Shown piece by piece: positions 48,638 through 58,455 of a stretch of DNA of 64,000 nucleotides (position 1 is its first letter; the number at the start of each line of letters is the position of its first letter). The DNA is from Minisyncoccota bacterium (GTDB taxonomy: Bacteria > Patescibacteriota > Minisyncoccia > Phycocordibacterales > UBA1550): contig JBAZWZ010000001.1 of NCBI GenBank assembly GCA_041660105.1, forward strand, positions 523 through 64,522, in the 5' to 3' direction. A program made the position numbers and the translations under genes. The notes under the pieces are model-generated. The model was not told the DNA's origin, searched no databases, and was given only the letters and a program-made list of their open reading frames with translations.

Positions 48638-49318
48638 TTATAACGCGTACTTGCCTGTGGCGTCATCGCGGATGATTCTCCCATGATCCATCGTAATAAC
48701 CCTCTTCCCCAGCGCCTCCACCACGCCCTTATTGTGAGTCGTGAGGATTACTGTCGTGCCCATATCGTTGATTTTCTTCAAAATCTGTACGATTTCGTAG
48801 GTGTTGATAGGGTCGAGATTCCCCGTCGGCTCATCCGCGATGATGAGGTCAGGCTGGTTTACGATAGCGCGCGCGATAGCCACACGCTGAAGTTCACCTC
48901 CAGAAAGCTGGCGAGGGAAATTCCACATTTTCTTAGTGAGGTCAACGAGCTCAAGCACGTGCGGCACGTCGTTGGCAATCTCCTCATCAGACTTCCCTGC
49001 CACTTCCATTGCGAACGCTACATTTTCATATGCGGTCTTGTTGGGAAGAAGGCGGAAATCCTGAAAGATGACCCCTATACGACGGCGAAGCTCTGGCATA
49101 TCATCTGGCTTAATCTTCTTGAGATTTGCGGAATCAAAAGAAACACTTCCTTGCGTAGGATGATCCTCTCCAAGAAGAAGCTTCACGAGCGTCGTCTTCC
49201 CCGCCCCCGAGTGTCCGACAATAGATACGAATTCCCCTTGCTTGACCTGAAGTGTCACTCCCTCAAGCGCCTTGGTGCCATCGGAGTAAGACTTTGAAAC
49301 ATTATCGAAGTAAATCAT
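48638..49318 (-). CDS. ftsE: Cell-division ATP-binding protein FtsE
   Basis: Walker A GHSGAGKTT, signature LSGGELQRV, Walker [12 protein letters not shown]. Confidence 0.9.
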   Translation of the reverse strand: MIYFDNVSKSYSDGTKALEGVTLQVKQGEFVSIVGHSGAGKTTLVKLLLGEDHPTQGSVSFDSANLKKIKPDDMPELRRRIGVIFQDFRLLPNKTAYENVAFAMEVAGKSDEEIANDVPHVLELVDLTKKMWNFPRQLSGGELQRVAIARAIVNQPDLIIADEPTGNLDPINTYEIVQILKKINDMGTTVILTTHNKGVVEALGKRVITMDHGRIIRDDATGKYAL

Positions 49319-49398
49319 TCTGGTATTTTAACAAATTTTTAAGAATGAGGGAAATAAAAAAACAGGCCTTTGGTAAGGCCTGTTTTGACACACAATAT

Positions 49399-49767
49399 CT
49401 AATCGTAAACAGAGAGAAGACAATCATCCCAGGACGCATCAATTTCAATAACGTCCTGCGTGTCATCTTTTATTTTTTGCTTAATCCAATCGGAAAGTTT
49501 AATTCCGCTCTCCATACCATTCCGATCGCCAAAAAAATTAATGTCGGAAGAATGACAGAATGCAACACCCAGACTTTTGTGGTGCTGACTAGAAATCGCG
49601 GGAGCGAGGAATGCGATATGGTGGCTTATCCCACCTATTTTCTGCTCTTTAAAATACTTGGCGACATACTTCTGGAACGCGCTCGGGTACTCTCCGAGCT
49701 TTTCAGTCCGAACAATCATCATTTTTGCGGATTGCTGTGACATTTTTCCCTCCCTCAATAAAGACAA
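49399..49767 (-). CDS. Hypothetical protein (122 aa)
   Basis: ORF; His-rich motif GGISHHIAFL..SSQHH; family not recognised. Confidence 0.4.
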   Translation of the reverse strand: MSLLREGKMSQQSAKMMIVRTEKLGEYPSAFQKYVAKYFKEQKIGGISHHIAFLAPAISSQHHKSLGVAFCHSSDINFFGDRNGMESGIKLSDWIKQKIKDDTQDVIEIDASWDDCLLSVYD

Positions 49768-49862
49768 GTTGTCTATAATGAAACTATCACATGATTTCTA
49801 ATTTGTAAAGAGCGCCGTATTTTTCAATATTCCATATTCCACATTCGATATTCTGCCCATCC

Positions 49863-50747
49863 CTACAGCTCCCTCTCTGCTTCAATGAACTCCATTATCT
49901 CCCCATCCTCGAGAACAGCGTCAACATTTGAGGTCTCTACATCTGTGCGATGGTCCTTTACCATCTTGTAGGGATGGAGGACATACGAGCGGATCTGGTT
50001 CCCCCATTCAATCTCCGTGGTCTTACTAATATACATACCACTCTCTGCTGCCTTCCTCTCGTCGTCCTGCTTTTTAAAAAGTTTACCTTTGAGAATTTGA
50101 ATTGCCTTCTCGCGATTCTGCTCCTGAGAGCGCTCAGTCTCTACGTGTACGGCAATATTGGTCGGAATATGCACCACACGCACGGCAGTCTCGCGTTTGT
50201 TTACATTTTGCCCTCCGGGACCTGACGAACGGCTGAATTCGATTCTAATATCGTCAGCAGGGATTACAATCTCATCGTTTGCGCCGTCCTTGAAATCGGG
50301 AATAACTTCAACCATCGAAAACGAAGTATGACGAAGGCTCTTCGCATTAAAAGGAGAGATGCGCACGAGGCGATGCACGCCCGATTCGTTTTTGAGCATA
50401 CCGTATACATTCTTCCCGTGAATCTCGAGCGTGATGTTGCGATAGCCACCGTGATCGTTTTTGTTTTCGTGGAGAAGTTTCACTTCGAAATTTTGTTTCT
50501 CAAAAAACTTGAGATACATACGCACGAGCATCCCCGAAAAATCCTCTGCATCATCCCCACCTGCGCCTGAGAAAATAGTCATCACCGCATTGCCACGGTC
50601 GTACTTGCCGACACCTGCGATTTTTTCCTTGAGCTCTGCGATTTCCTTGATGACAGCTTGCGCGCGAGCTTTGTCAGACCAAAAATCCACCGAGGCCATT
50701 TCAGCTTCGAGTTCTACAATTTTCGCTTGGAGTTCTTCTTTTGACAT
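49863..50747 (-). CDS. prfB: Peptide chain release factor 2 (short form, no frameshift site)
   Basis: 294 aa; SPF tripeptide (RISPFNAK) and GGQ (SGPGGQNVNK). Begins at the position that follows the frameshift site in frameshifted RF2s. Confidence 0.85.
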   Translation of the reverse strand: MSKEELQAKIVELEAEMASVDFWSDKARAQAVIKEIAELKEKIAGVGKYDRGNAVMTIFSGAGGDDAEDFSGMLVRMYLKFFEKQNFEVKLLHENKNDHGGYRNITLEIHGKNVYGMLKNESGVHRLVRISPFNAKSLRHTSFSMVEVIPDFKDGANDEIVIPADDIRIEFSRSSGPGGQNVNKRETAVRVVHIPTNIAVHVETERSQEQNREKAIQILKGKLFKKQDDERKAAESGMYISKTTEIEWGNQIRSYVLHPYKMVKDHRTDVETSNVDAVLEDGEIMEFIEAEREL

Positions 50748-50764
50748 AATGAGCAGTATAACAG

Positions 50765-50806
50765 AAAATGCCCCTGATTCGACAGAGTCGAATCAGGGGC
50801 ATTTTC
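50765..50806. terminator. Bidirectional terminator between the tRNA-Thr genes and prfB
   Basis: gcccctgattcgac agag tcgaatcaggggc with an A-run and a T-run. Confidence 0.8.
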
Positions 50807-50812
50807 ATTTAG

Positions 50813-50885
50813 AGCCAACCCCGGGAATTGAACCCGGAACCTACGGTTTACGATACCGTTGCTCTACCAGTTGAGCTAGGTCGGC
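50813..50885 (-). tRNA. tRNA-Thr (anticodon CGT)
   Basis: GCCGACC acceptor, D-arm AGCTCAACTGGTAGAGC, anticodon loop ATCGTAA, T-arm GGGTTCAATTCCCGG, discriminator T. Confidence 0.85.
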
Positions 50886-50887
50886 AA

Positions 50888-50960
50888 AAACAGTCAAAAG
50901 TCCAAAGTGTAAAGTCGAAAGTAAACTCAATAATGCATTTACTTTTACTTTATGAACTTT
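50888..50960. repeat. Inverted pair of GACTTT-octamer repeats upstream of tRNA-Thr(CGT)
   Basis: cagtcaaaagtccaaagtgtaaagtcgaaagt and acttttactttatgaactttatggactttcaact. Confidence 0.55.
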
Positions 50961-50978
50961 ATGGACTTTCAACTGTCC

Positions 50979-51054
50979 TGGAGCCGCTGATCGGGATTGA
51001 ACCGATGACCTCGTCCTTACCAAGGACGCACTCTACCAACTGAGCTACAACGGC
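50979..51054 (-). tRNA. tRNA-Thr (anticodon GGT), CCA encoded
   Basis: GCCGTTG acceptor, anticodon stem-loop CGTCC TTGGTAA GGACG, T-arm ATCGG TTCAATC CCGAT, 3' CCA present. Confidence 0.85.
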
Positions 51055-51149
51055 TTATTATACTTTTGTAACATTCTGGCATTATCAGCCAAAACAGTTA
51101 CAACGGCTTATTTTGACACTTGGTCACAATACACTATTCAGCCTCTTTT

Positions 51150-51190
51150 TTCAATAAAACAAAAAGGGTCGTACATGACGACCCTTTTAA
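51150..51190 (-). terminator. Rho-independent terminator of the small Cys-rich gene
   Basis: aagggtcgtacatgacgaccctt followed by a U-run on the minus strand. Confidence 0.7.
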
Positions 51191-51200
51191 TCTCCTACTA

Positions 51201-51380
51201 TTACTGAGCAGCTGCGAGGATTTCCCGCAGAGGCTCATTTGACCCTGCTTCAACTACACAGAGGACAGCCATCGCTTGATCATGGCTGACGGGGTGCCCC
51301 GACACACACGGACAAACCTTCATAATTTCGCTTTCCGGATCAAGATATTCCTTTGCATCTCCACAAAGACAACAATTCAT
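51201..51380 (-). CDS. Small Cys-rich protein (59 aa: MNCCLCGDAKEY..CPCVSGHP..)
   Basis: AGGAG RBS 7 nt upstream of the ATG; 6 Cys plus 2 His suggest metal binding; terminator downstream. Confidence 0.5.
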   Translation of the reverse strand: MNCCLCGDAKEYLDPESEIMKVCPCVSGHPVSHDQAMAVLCVVEAGSNEPLREILAAAQ

Positions 51381-51427
51381 TTTTTTCTCCTGTGAACAAA
51401 TCAGCCTGCACAATACCATAAATTATA

Positions 51428-51491
51428 CGACCGCGCAAATACAGAAAAACCTAACGAAAATTCATTAGGTTTTTCTGTATTTGCGCGGTCG
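51428..51491. repeat. Conserved-end long hairpin 1 (cgaccgcgcaaataca ... tgtatttgcgcggtcg)
   Basis: About 27-bp stem. The terminal 16 bp of each arm are identical to hairpin 2 at 51721-51780, while the interiors differ with compensatory changes. Confidence 0.75.
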
Positions 51492-51727
51492 ATGGTCCGC
51501 GGTCACGAGTTACTAAGTGTGCTCAGGTGAGTACACCCTGCGCGCACTAAGTACTCTCGACCCCGCCTCACTGTCGCCTTGCGACATGCTCCCGATTTCT
51601 TACACGGTACTCCGAGTGTTGAAATCGCAGTGCCCTAGATTTATCGTGGCTTACGGCTTTCGAGTCTCCTCGCGGTTCGATTTTCTAATCGCCAGCGCAA
51701 GTGAAGCAGTTCACTTGCTTCGACCGC
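51484..51727 (-). pseudogene. tRNA-Asp-derived element: tRNA-Asp-like 5' and 3' ends flanking a ~170-nt non-tRNA insert
   Basis: Minus strand begins GCGGTCGaAGC (10 of 11 match to the tRNA-Asp 5' end) and ends GGACCATCGACCGC G CAAATACA (tRNA-Asp 3' end plus trailer). The interior has no D or anticodon arms. Confidence 0.5.
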
Positions 51728-51780
51728 GCAAATACAAAAAATCACGGCAATTGCCGTGATTTTTTGTATTTGCGCGGTCG
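51721..51780. terminator. Conserved-end hairpin 2 / terminator immediately 3' of tRNA-Asp
   Basis: On the minus strand the tRNA-Asp acceptor 3' strand runs into UCACGGCAA UUGCCGUGA followed by UUUUUUG. The distal arm regenerates GCGGUCG. Confidence 0.75.
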
Positions 51781-51846
51781 ATGGGACTCGAACCCACGAC
51801 CCCTCACGTGACAGGCGAGTGCTCTAACCAGCTGAGCTACGACCGC
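51773..51846 (-). tRNA. tRNA-Asp (anticodon GTC)
   Basis: GCGGTCG TA GCTC AGCTGGTTA GAGC A CTCGC CTGTCAC GTGAG GGGTC GTGGG TTCGAGT CCCAT CGACCGC G. Confidence 0.9.
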
Positions 51847-51949
51847 AAATTGTACTTCTTCTGCAACCTGACCCTTCTCATTTAGTCCGATATGCACTCG
51901 CCGAGGCGAACGCTCGCTATCTTCTTAATCTGAGCTGAGCTACGACCGC
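51847..51949 (-). pseudogene. Degenerate tRNA-Asp-derived repeat unit A (103 nt)
   Basis: Starts with 17 nt identical to the tRNA-Asp 5' end (GCGGTCGTAGCTCAGCT), contains GAGCGTTCGCCT (D/anticodon stem remnant) and a mini-hairpin replacing the anticodon loop; no T-arm. Confidence 0.7.
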
Positions 51950-52052
51950 AAATTTTACTCTTTCTGCAACCAAACCTAACTCATTTAATCCGATATGCAC
52001 TCGCCTAGGCGAGTGCTCGCTATTTTCTTAATCTGAGCTGAGCTACGACCGC
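51950..52052 (-). pseudogene. Degenerate tRNA-Asp-derived repeat unit B (103 nt)
   Basis: About 90% identical to unit A; GCGGTCGTAGCTCAGCTCAGATTAAGAAAATAGCGAGCACTCGCCTAGGCGAGTGC... Confidence 0.7.
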
Positions 52053-52105
52053 AAATTTACTACTTTTGCATTCTAGCAGGAAACGTTCCGCGAAACAAAT
52101 GCGGG

Positions 52106-52177
52106 TGCCGATGAGTGGAATCGAACCACTGTCTAGGGCTTATGAGTCCCTCGTTCTGACCATTGAACTACACCGGC
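52106..52177 (-). tRNA. tRNA with CAT anticodon (Met/fMet/Ile2 type; three G-C pairs in the anticodon stem suggest an initiator)
   Basis: GCCGGTG TA GTTC AATGGTCA GAAC G AGGGA CTCATAA GCCCT AGAC AGTGG TTCGATT CCACT CATCGGC A. Confidence 0.7.
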
Positions 52178-52184
52178 TATAATT

Positions 52185-52865
52185 TTAATACTTCTTTTTT
52201 ACTGCATCAATCAACCCAAGTACTTCATATTTCAACCTAGAACTCTTTCGTACCTGCAAAGATAGGATACCATAATATGAATCATAATTCTCGTACACCT
52301 TTTTTTGCTTTATTTTTAGGAACACCTGATTCCCGAATTGCTCAATTGGTAGCTTCAACAGAACAGACCAGTATTCGATAACTTTCATAATCCTCGGACG
52401 ATGTATCTCGTTGATAAATATCCTCGGCATAAACTCCTCATCCTTTACGTTTAACACCCTCTCGTACCATTTCTTCATGACAAGAATAATTTCTGGATCA
52501 GAGTTAACAATCGCGAGTGCACTTCTGTCACTCTTTGTTCCCTCACCCCAGTAAAGACCTATGCCGAGCATGAGGAGATCCCTTTCAGTCATCTGACCAA
52601 CGGTCTCATAAGCTTTCTTTTTACAAACACTCATCCTATCCTGTTTCTTTTTGTGGTTCATTTCTGCACCAATCATTCTGCCCTTATGCCCAGCGCTTAT
52701 CGAATTCTGCGTAAGCTTATCTTTTTGCTTTTGAGATAAAACTATATCCTGACACCAGATACTCGCTGACCCTTTTGACACACCGAGTTCGGCTGCAATT
52801 GCTCCAATACTCCACCCTTTCTTTCTCAATTTTTGAGCCCTTATCTTTTCCTGGAACTTAGCCAT
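52185..52865 (-). CDS. HTH plus LAGLIDADG-like protein (putative free-standing homing endonuclease) in an AT-rich island
   Basis: 226 aa; N-terminal HTH (GWSIGAIAAELGVSKGSASIW); LLMLGIGLYWGEGTKS resembles a LAGLIDADG block. The stop is 8 nt from the tRNA-CAT 5' end. Confidence 0.45.
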   Translation of the reverse strand: MAKFQEKIRAQKLRKKGWSIGAIAAELGVSKGSASIWCQDIVLSQKQKDKLTQNSISAGHKGRMIGAEMNHKKKQDRMSVCKKKAYETVGQMTERDLLMLGIGLYWGEGTKSDRSALAIVNSDPEIILVMKKWYERVLNVKDEEFMPRIFINEIHRPRIMKVIEYWSVLLKLPIEQFGNQVFLKIKQKKVYENYDSYYGILSLQVRKSSRLKYEVLGLIDAVKKKY

Positions 52866-52906
52866 ATATACTATAATATCAGCTGTTCTAAAATAATCAA
52901 GGTGTG

Positions 52907-52954
52907 CGAATAAAGAATAACAGGTGTTATATGAACACCTGTTATTCTTTATTC
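52907..52954. terminator. Long AT-rich hairpin (21-bp stem) between the LAGLIDADG-like gene and tRNA-CAT #2
   Basis: cgaataaagaataacaggtgtt atatg aacacctgttattctttattcg. Confidence 0.6.
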
Positions 52955-52957
52955 GTG

Positions 52958-53029
52958 TTGCGGGGGCCCGAATCGAACGGGCGTCTTCAGGTTATGAGCC
53001 TGATGAGATACCGCTTCTCTACCCCGCTA
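52958..53029 (-). tRNA. tRNA with CAT anticodon (#2; A1-A72 mismatch)
   Basis: AGCGGGG TA GAGA AGCGGTA TCTC A TCAGG CTCATAA CCTGA AGAC GCCCG TTCGATT CGGGC CCCCGCA A. Confidence 0.65.
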
Positions 53030-53184
53030 TGTCTACCTATAACCAAATTTTCACTAAATCTCAATAGCGGCGAGATGACGCTTCCGAACCAGCTGGTTCG
53101 CCCCGGGTCATACCCGCTATGCTTCATTAATGAGAGACCCAACTATACCACCTTAGCCAAATTTTGCAAGGGTTAAACGCAAAG

Positions 53185-53229
53185 CGCTTTACCCACTTTT
53201 GACTTTAAGACTTTTGACTTTCGACTAGT
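53185..53229. repeat. GACTTT-octamer intergenic repeat (copy e)
   Basis: ttttgactttaagacttttgactttcgact. Confidence 0.6.
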
Positions 53230-53895
53230 TTAAAGATACCCCAACTCCTTAAACGCATTCTCAAACTTCGCGATAGTATCGCGCGCCACCTTCGCGGAAA
53301 GCTCTTCCCCTAGTGTTTCCCCGTGCGCAATTTTATTACGGAGTAGATGTGCTTCCCAAACTTGATCATATGAAGCAATCCTTGTGCGACTCATCCCCTT
53401 CAGTTTCTCAGCGACCGTCTCCCCCACATACCCCATATCTTCAAGTACCTCGCTCAAAATATTATCAGCCTCGAGTATCGCAAGTTTCCACTCTGCGGGA
53501 TTTTCTGAATTAAGATGCTCCTGTATGATTTGCCAATTGATTGACTTCCCTGTTGCCTCTGCTTCTGCAATTTTAATTGGCTTATACTTTTCGTGTTCTT
53601 TATGATGAATCTCACGAATACGCAGTGTCGCCCAAAATGCCCCCGCGAGAAATAAAATTCCAAGAACCGCAAGTGGGGTTTGAATAGATAAAATGAAATT
53701 TTGTATTACTTCTAGAGGAACTTTCCCCATGAGATACGCGAGGATTGTTGCGGGTGCCTCGCCTGACGAGATGGTGTCTGCATTGAGCGATATGATATTG
53801 TTACTTACCCAAATAAACAAAATAATACCAAGAACAACACTAACATCGCGAACGAGTGTGTCTGGAGCTAGAGCTGTTGGTGCGTCGTGAGCCAT
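53230..53895 (-). CDS. Membrane-anchored protein with C-terminal HEPN-like domain (Rx4H motif; DUF4145/Abi-like)
   Basis: 221 aa; two N-terminal TM helices, then an alpha-helical domain ending in AHLLRNKIAHGE, the R-x4-6-H HEPN signature. Confidence 0.4.
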   Translation of the reverse strand: MAHDAPTALAPDTLVRDVSVVLGIILFIWVSNNIISLNADTISSGEAPATILAYLMGKVPLEVIQNFILSIQTPLAVLGILFLAGAFWATLRIREIHHKEHEKYKPIKIAEAEATGKSINWQIIQEHLNSENPAEWKLAILEADNILSEVLEDMGYVGETVAEKLKGMSRTRIASYDQVWEAHLLRNKIAHGETLGEELSAKVARDTIAKFENAFKELGYL

Positions 53896-53912
53896 ATAAT
53901 AAATTATACCAT

Positions 53913-55337
53913 CTATTCTTGTGTTTTCTCAAAGTCCTTCCCTGTTGCAAAGAGAGCACTCTCTCCGAAATGAGGTGCGATGAACTGAATACCAAGAGGA
54001 AGCTTCGATCCCTCTTCGTCTACAAATCCCGAAGGAATCGAGATTGCTGGAACCCCCGCAATATTGACGGGTACGGTGAAGATATCAGCAAGGTACATAG
54101 CGAGCGGATCACTCGACTTCTCCCCAATCTTAAATGCTGGGGTTGGGGCAGTTGGTGTGGCGATAATATCCACTCCCTTAAATGCTTCTGCGAGATCGCG
54201 TTTGAGCATCTCCTGCACAGCGCGTGCACGACCATAGTATGCATCATAGTATCCTGATGAAAGTACATAGGTACCGAGGAGAATACGGCGACGCACTTCA
54301 CGGCCGAATCCTTCCCCACGCGACTTCATATAATCCTCAAGGAGGTTTGCACCATCCGCGTGATAGCCATAACGCACACCATCAAGGCGAGCAAGATTAG
54401 AAGATACTTCAGCTGGCATCAAAATATAATAAACGGAAAGTCCGTGTGCGAGTGTTGGCAGAGAAATTTCCTTCACTTCATAACCAGCTTTTTTCATAGC
54501 CTCAAGCGACTCTTCAAAGTTTTTCAAAACATGTGGATCCACACCTTTTGCGTGAACAAATTCTGTGGGAACGCCGATTATTTTTGGTTTGCTATAATTT
54601 TTCGACGCGAGATTATCTGGGTACGATGTACTATCAAGTGGATCATATCCCTTGATACAATCAAAAATTATTTCTGCATCTTCGACAGTCTTTGCAAAAG
54701 GGCCCGCTTGGTCAAGGGAACTCGCCATCGCGATGAGCCCTGAGCGGGACACACTGCCGTATGTAGGTTTGAGTCCCACTACTCCACAGAAAGACGCTGG
54801 CTGACGAATAGAGCCACCTGTGTCGGTCCCAAGGGCACCAAGGCAAGCGTTAGCTGCAAGAGCCGCAGCTGAGCCACCCGATGAACCTCCTGGCACACAC
54901 GTGATGTCGTGCGGATTTTTTGTTACCCCAAATGCTGATGTCTCCGTCGAGCCACCCATTGCAAACTCGTCCATATTCGTACGTCCGACAAACACTGCTC
55001 CCGCTTCGCGAAGCTTCTTCGTCACACCCGCATCATATGTCGCGCGATAATTCTCAAGCATCTTCGATGACGCACTTGCGATTTTACCCTTGATCAAAAT
55101 GTTATCCTTCATCGCGACAGGGATTCCTGTCATCATCGTTGCGCGACCTTCGTCAATCATCTTCTGTGCAACCTCGGCTTGCGCACGCACATCATCAAAG
55201 ATTTCGAGGTATGCATTGAGATCACGTGTGTCCTCTGCAACTTTGAGCACCACTTCAGCAAGCTCAAGCACACTCATTTTTTTATTAACGAGAAGTTCGT
55301 GCGCTTGCTTGATGGTGAGATTTTTAAGGTCAATCAT
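53913..55337 (-). CDS. gatA: Glutamyl-tRNA(Gln)/aspartyl-tRNA(Asn) amidotransferase subunit A
   Basis: 474 aa; amidase signature GGSSGGSAAALAA with the Ser-cisSer-Lys triad context. Confidence 0.95.
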   Translation of the reverse strand: MIDLKNLTIKQAHELLVNKKMSVLELAEVVLKVAEDTRDLNAYLEIFDDVRAQAEVAQKMIDEGRATMMTGIPVAMKDNILIKGKIASASSKMLENYRATYDAGVTKKLREAGAVFVGRTNMDEFAMGGSTETSAFGVTKNPHDITCVPGGSSGGSAAALAANACLGALGTDTGGSIRQPASFCGVVGLKPTYGSVSRSGLIAMASSLDQAGPFAKTVEDAEIIFDCIKGYDPLDSTSYPDNLASKNYSKPKIIGVPTEFVHAKGVDPHVLKNFEESLEAMKKAGYEVKEISLPTLAHGLSVYYILMPAEVSSNLARLDGVRYGYHADGANLLEDYMKSRGEGFGREVRRRILLGTYVLSSGYYDAYYGRARAVQEMLKRDLAEAFKGVDIIATPTAPTPAFKIGEKSSDPLAMYLADIFTVPVNIAGVPAISIPSGFVDEEGSKLPLGIQFIAPHFGESALFATGKDFEKTQE

Positions 55338-55338
55338 A

Positions 55339-55623
55339 TTACAAAATTTTCTTTACTGAGAGGAGATTGCCCTCACGCGCTGGCGCTTGGCTCAAGATGT
55401 CTTCAGTAAAGATTCCTGCTTCGTGAGCCCCCTCGTCCTCACGCATCACGTTATGAAGTTCCCCAGCCTCAGGAATAGGCATTTCAGCAGCAACCTCCTT
55501 TATTTGAGAAATGTACTCCAAAATCTCTTCGAGATCGTGCCTCAAAACCTCTTTCTCACTATCTGAAACAGCAATACGAGCAAGCCCCGCAAGGTGTTCT
55601 ACGTCAGTTAATGCAATGGCCAT
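55339..55623 (-). CDS. gatC: Glu-tRNA(Gln)/Asp-tRNA(Asn) amidotransferase subunit C
   Basis: 94 aa; typical GatC (LAGLARIAVSDSEKEVLRHDLEEIL); 1-nt gap to gatA. Confidence 0.85.
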   Translation of the reverse strand: MAIALTDVEHLAGLARIAVSDSEKEVLRHDLEEILEYISQIKEVAAEMPIPEAGELHNVMREDEGAHEAGIFTEDILSQAPAREGNLLSVKKIL

Positions 55624-55718
55624 ATTCGCGAGTATACCACGATTTGCGACTGTTTTGAAATTATTTATATAAAACCCCGAGACGATGTGTCTCGGGGTTG
55701 GGACTAAAGATTCTTATT

Positions 55719-56333
55719 TTATTGTTTTGGAATAACTAGACGATATTGACGTGCAGCAAGCCAGACGTTATTGTCCACATAAGGACGCGGGTAGGAAAGG
55801 ACCTCCATATCATAGGAGTCAACAGTCGCCACAGCTACGACAAGGTTGTCTTGTGTTGCGGGTTTCGATTCGTCCTTTTTGTGCAGAAAGAAGGTAGCGC
55901 CTGCACTCCTGGGCCCGCAAAGTTTGCCAAAATTCATCACGCAGAAGTCCTCTCTTTGTTGCTCAGTCATCCACAACCTCTCCAAATCAACCCCGACTGA
56001 GTTCAACAATCTCGAAAAGTTGGCATCTTCCACAATTTCAAACACCCAAAATTCCTTGTCAAACGCGGTGATTACCTCGTCGGCATAAAGCTGACGAAGG
56101 ATAATAGTTATTTTGGTAACCACTTTTACCCAGCAGGGTTCCTTGCGGTTGAATTTCTTGAGTTCCACAAGTACCTCTTCTCCAATTTCTGGATTGAGGA
56201 GATTTGTGATTAAAGTGATAAGCGGTTTGAGAAAGACCCAAAGCGCTTTTCTGAGCATGTTGAGTTCCATGGTCAGCTTCCTTTCCTTTTTATCCCCTCT
56301 TTCGTTCGGGTAAACGAGTGCCTTAAACTTCAA
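55719..56333 (-). CDS. Hypothetical protein (204 aa)
   Basis: ORF with a terminator hairpin downstream at about 55690. Confidence 0.4.
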   Translation of the reverse strand: MKFKALVYPNERGDKKERKLTMELNMLRKALWVFLKPLITLITNLLNPEIGEEVLVELKKFNRKEPCWVKVVTKITIILRQLYADEVITAFDKEFWVFEIVEDANFSRLLNSVGVDLERLWMTEQQREDFCVMNFGKLCGPRSAGATFFLHKKDESKPATQDNLVVAVATVDSYDMEVLSYPRPYVDNNVWLAARQYRLVIPKQ

Positions 56334-56361
56334 AGAACTAAAATCATTCTATATTAAATTG

Positions 56362-58455
<2,094 letters not shown>

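Noticed and set aside
51496-51720. tmRNA, SRP RNA or RNase P RNA in the 225-nt non-coding stretch between the conserved-end hairpins
   Set aside because: No tRNA-like T-arm/CCA end, no tag-peptide reading frame ending in hydrophobic-AA plus stop, no SRP domain-IV GGAA/AGCAG motif, and no P4 consensus on either strand. Left as an unclassified structured insert within a tRNA-Asp-like pseudo-copy.
51517-51759. 80-aa plus-strand ORF inside the tRNA-Asp-derived insert
   Set aside because: No RBS. It spans hairpin arms and tRNA-like ends, and the composition looks non-coding.
52904-53176. 90-aa plus-strand ORF
   Set aside because: It overlaps the tRNA-CAT #2 gene on the opposite strand and an AT hairpin; spurious.
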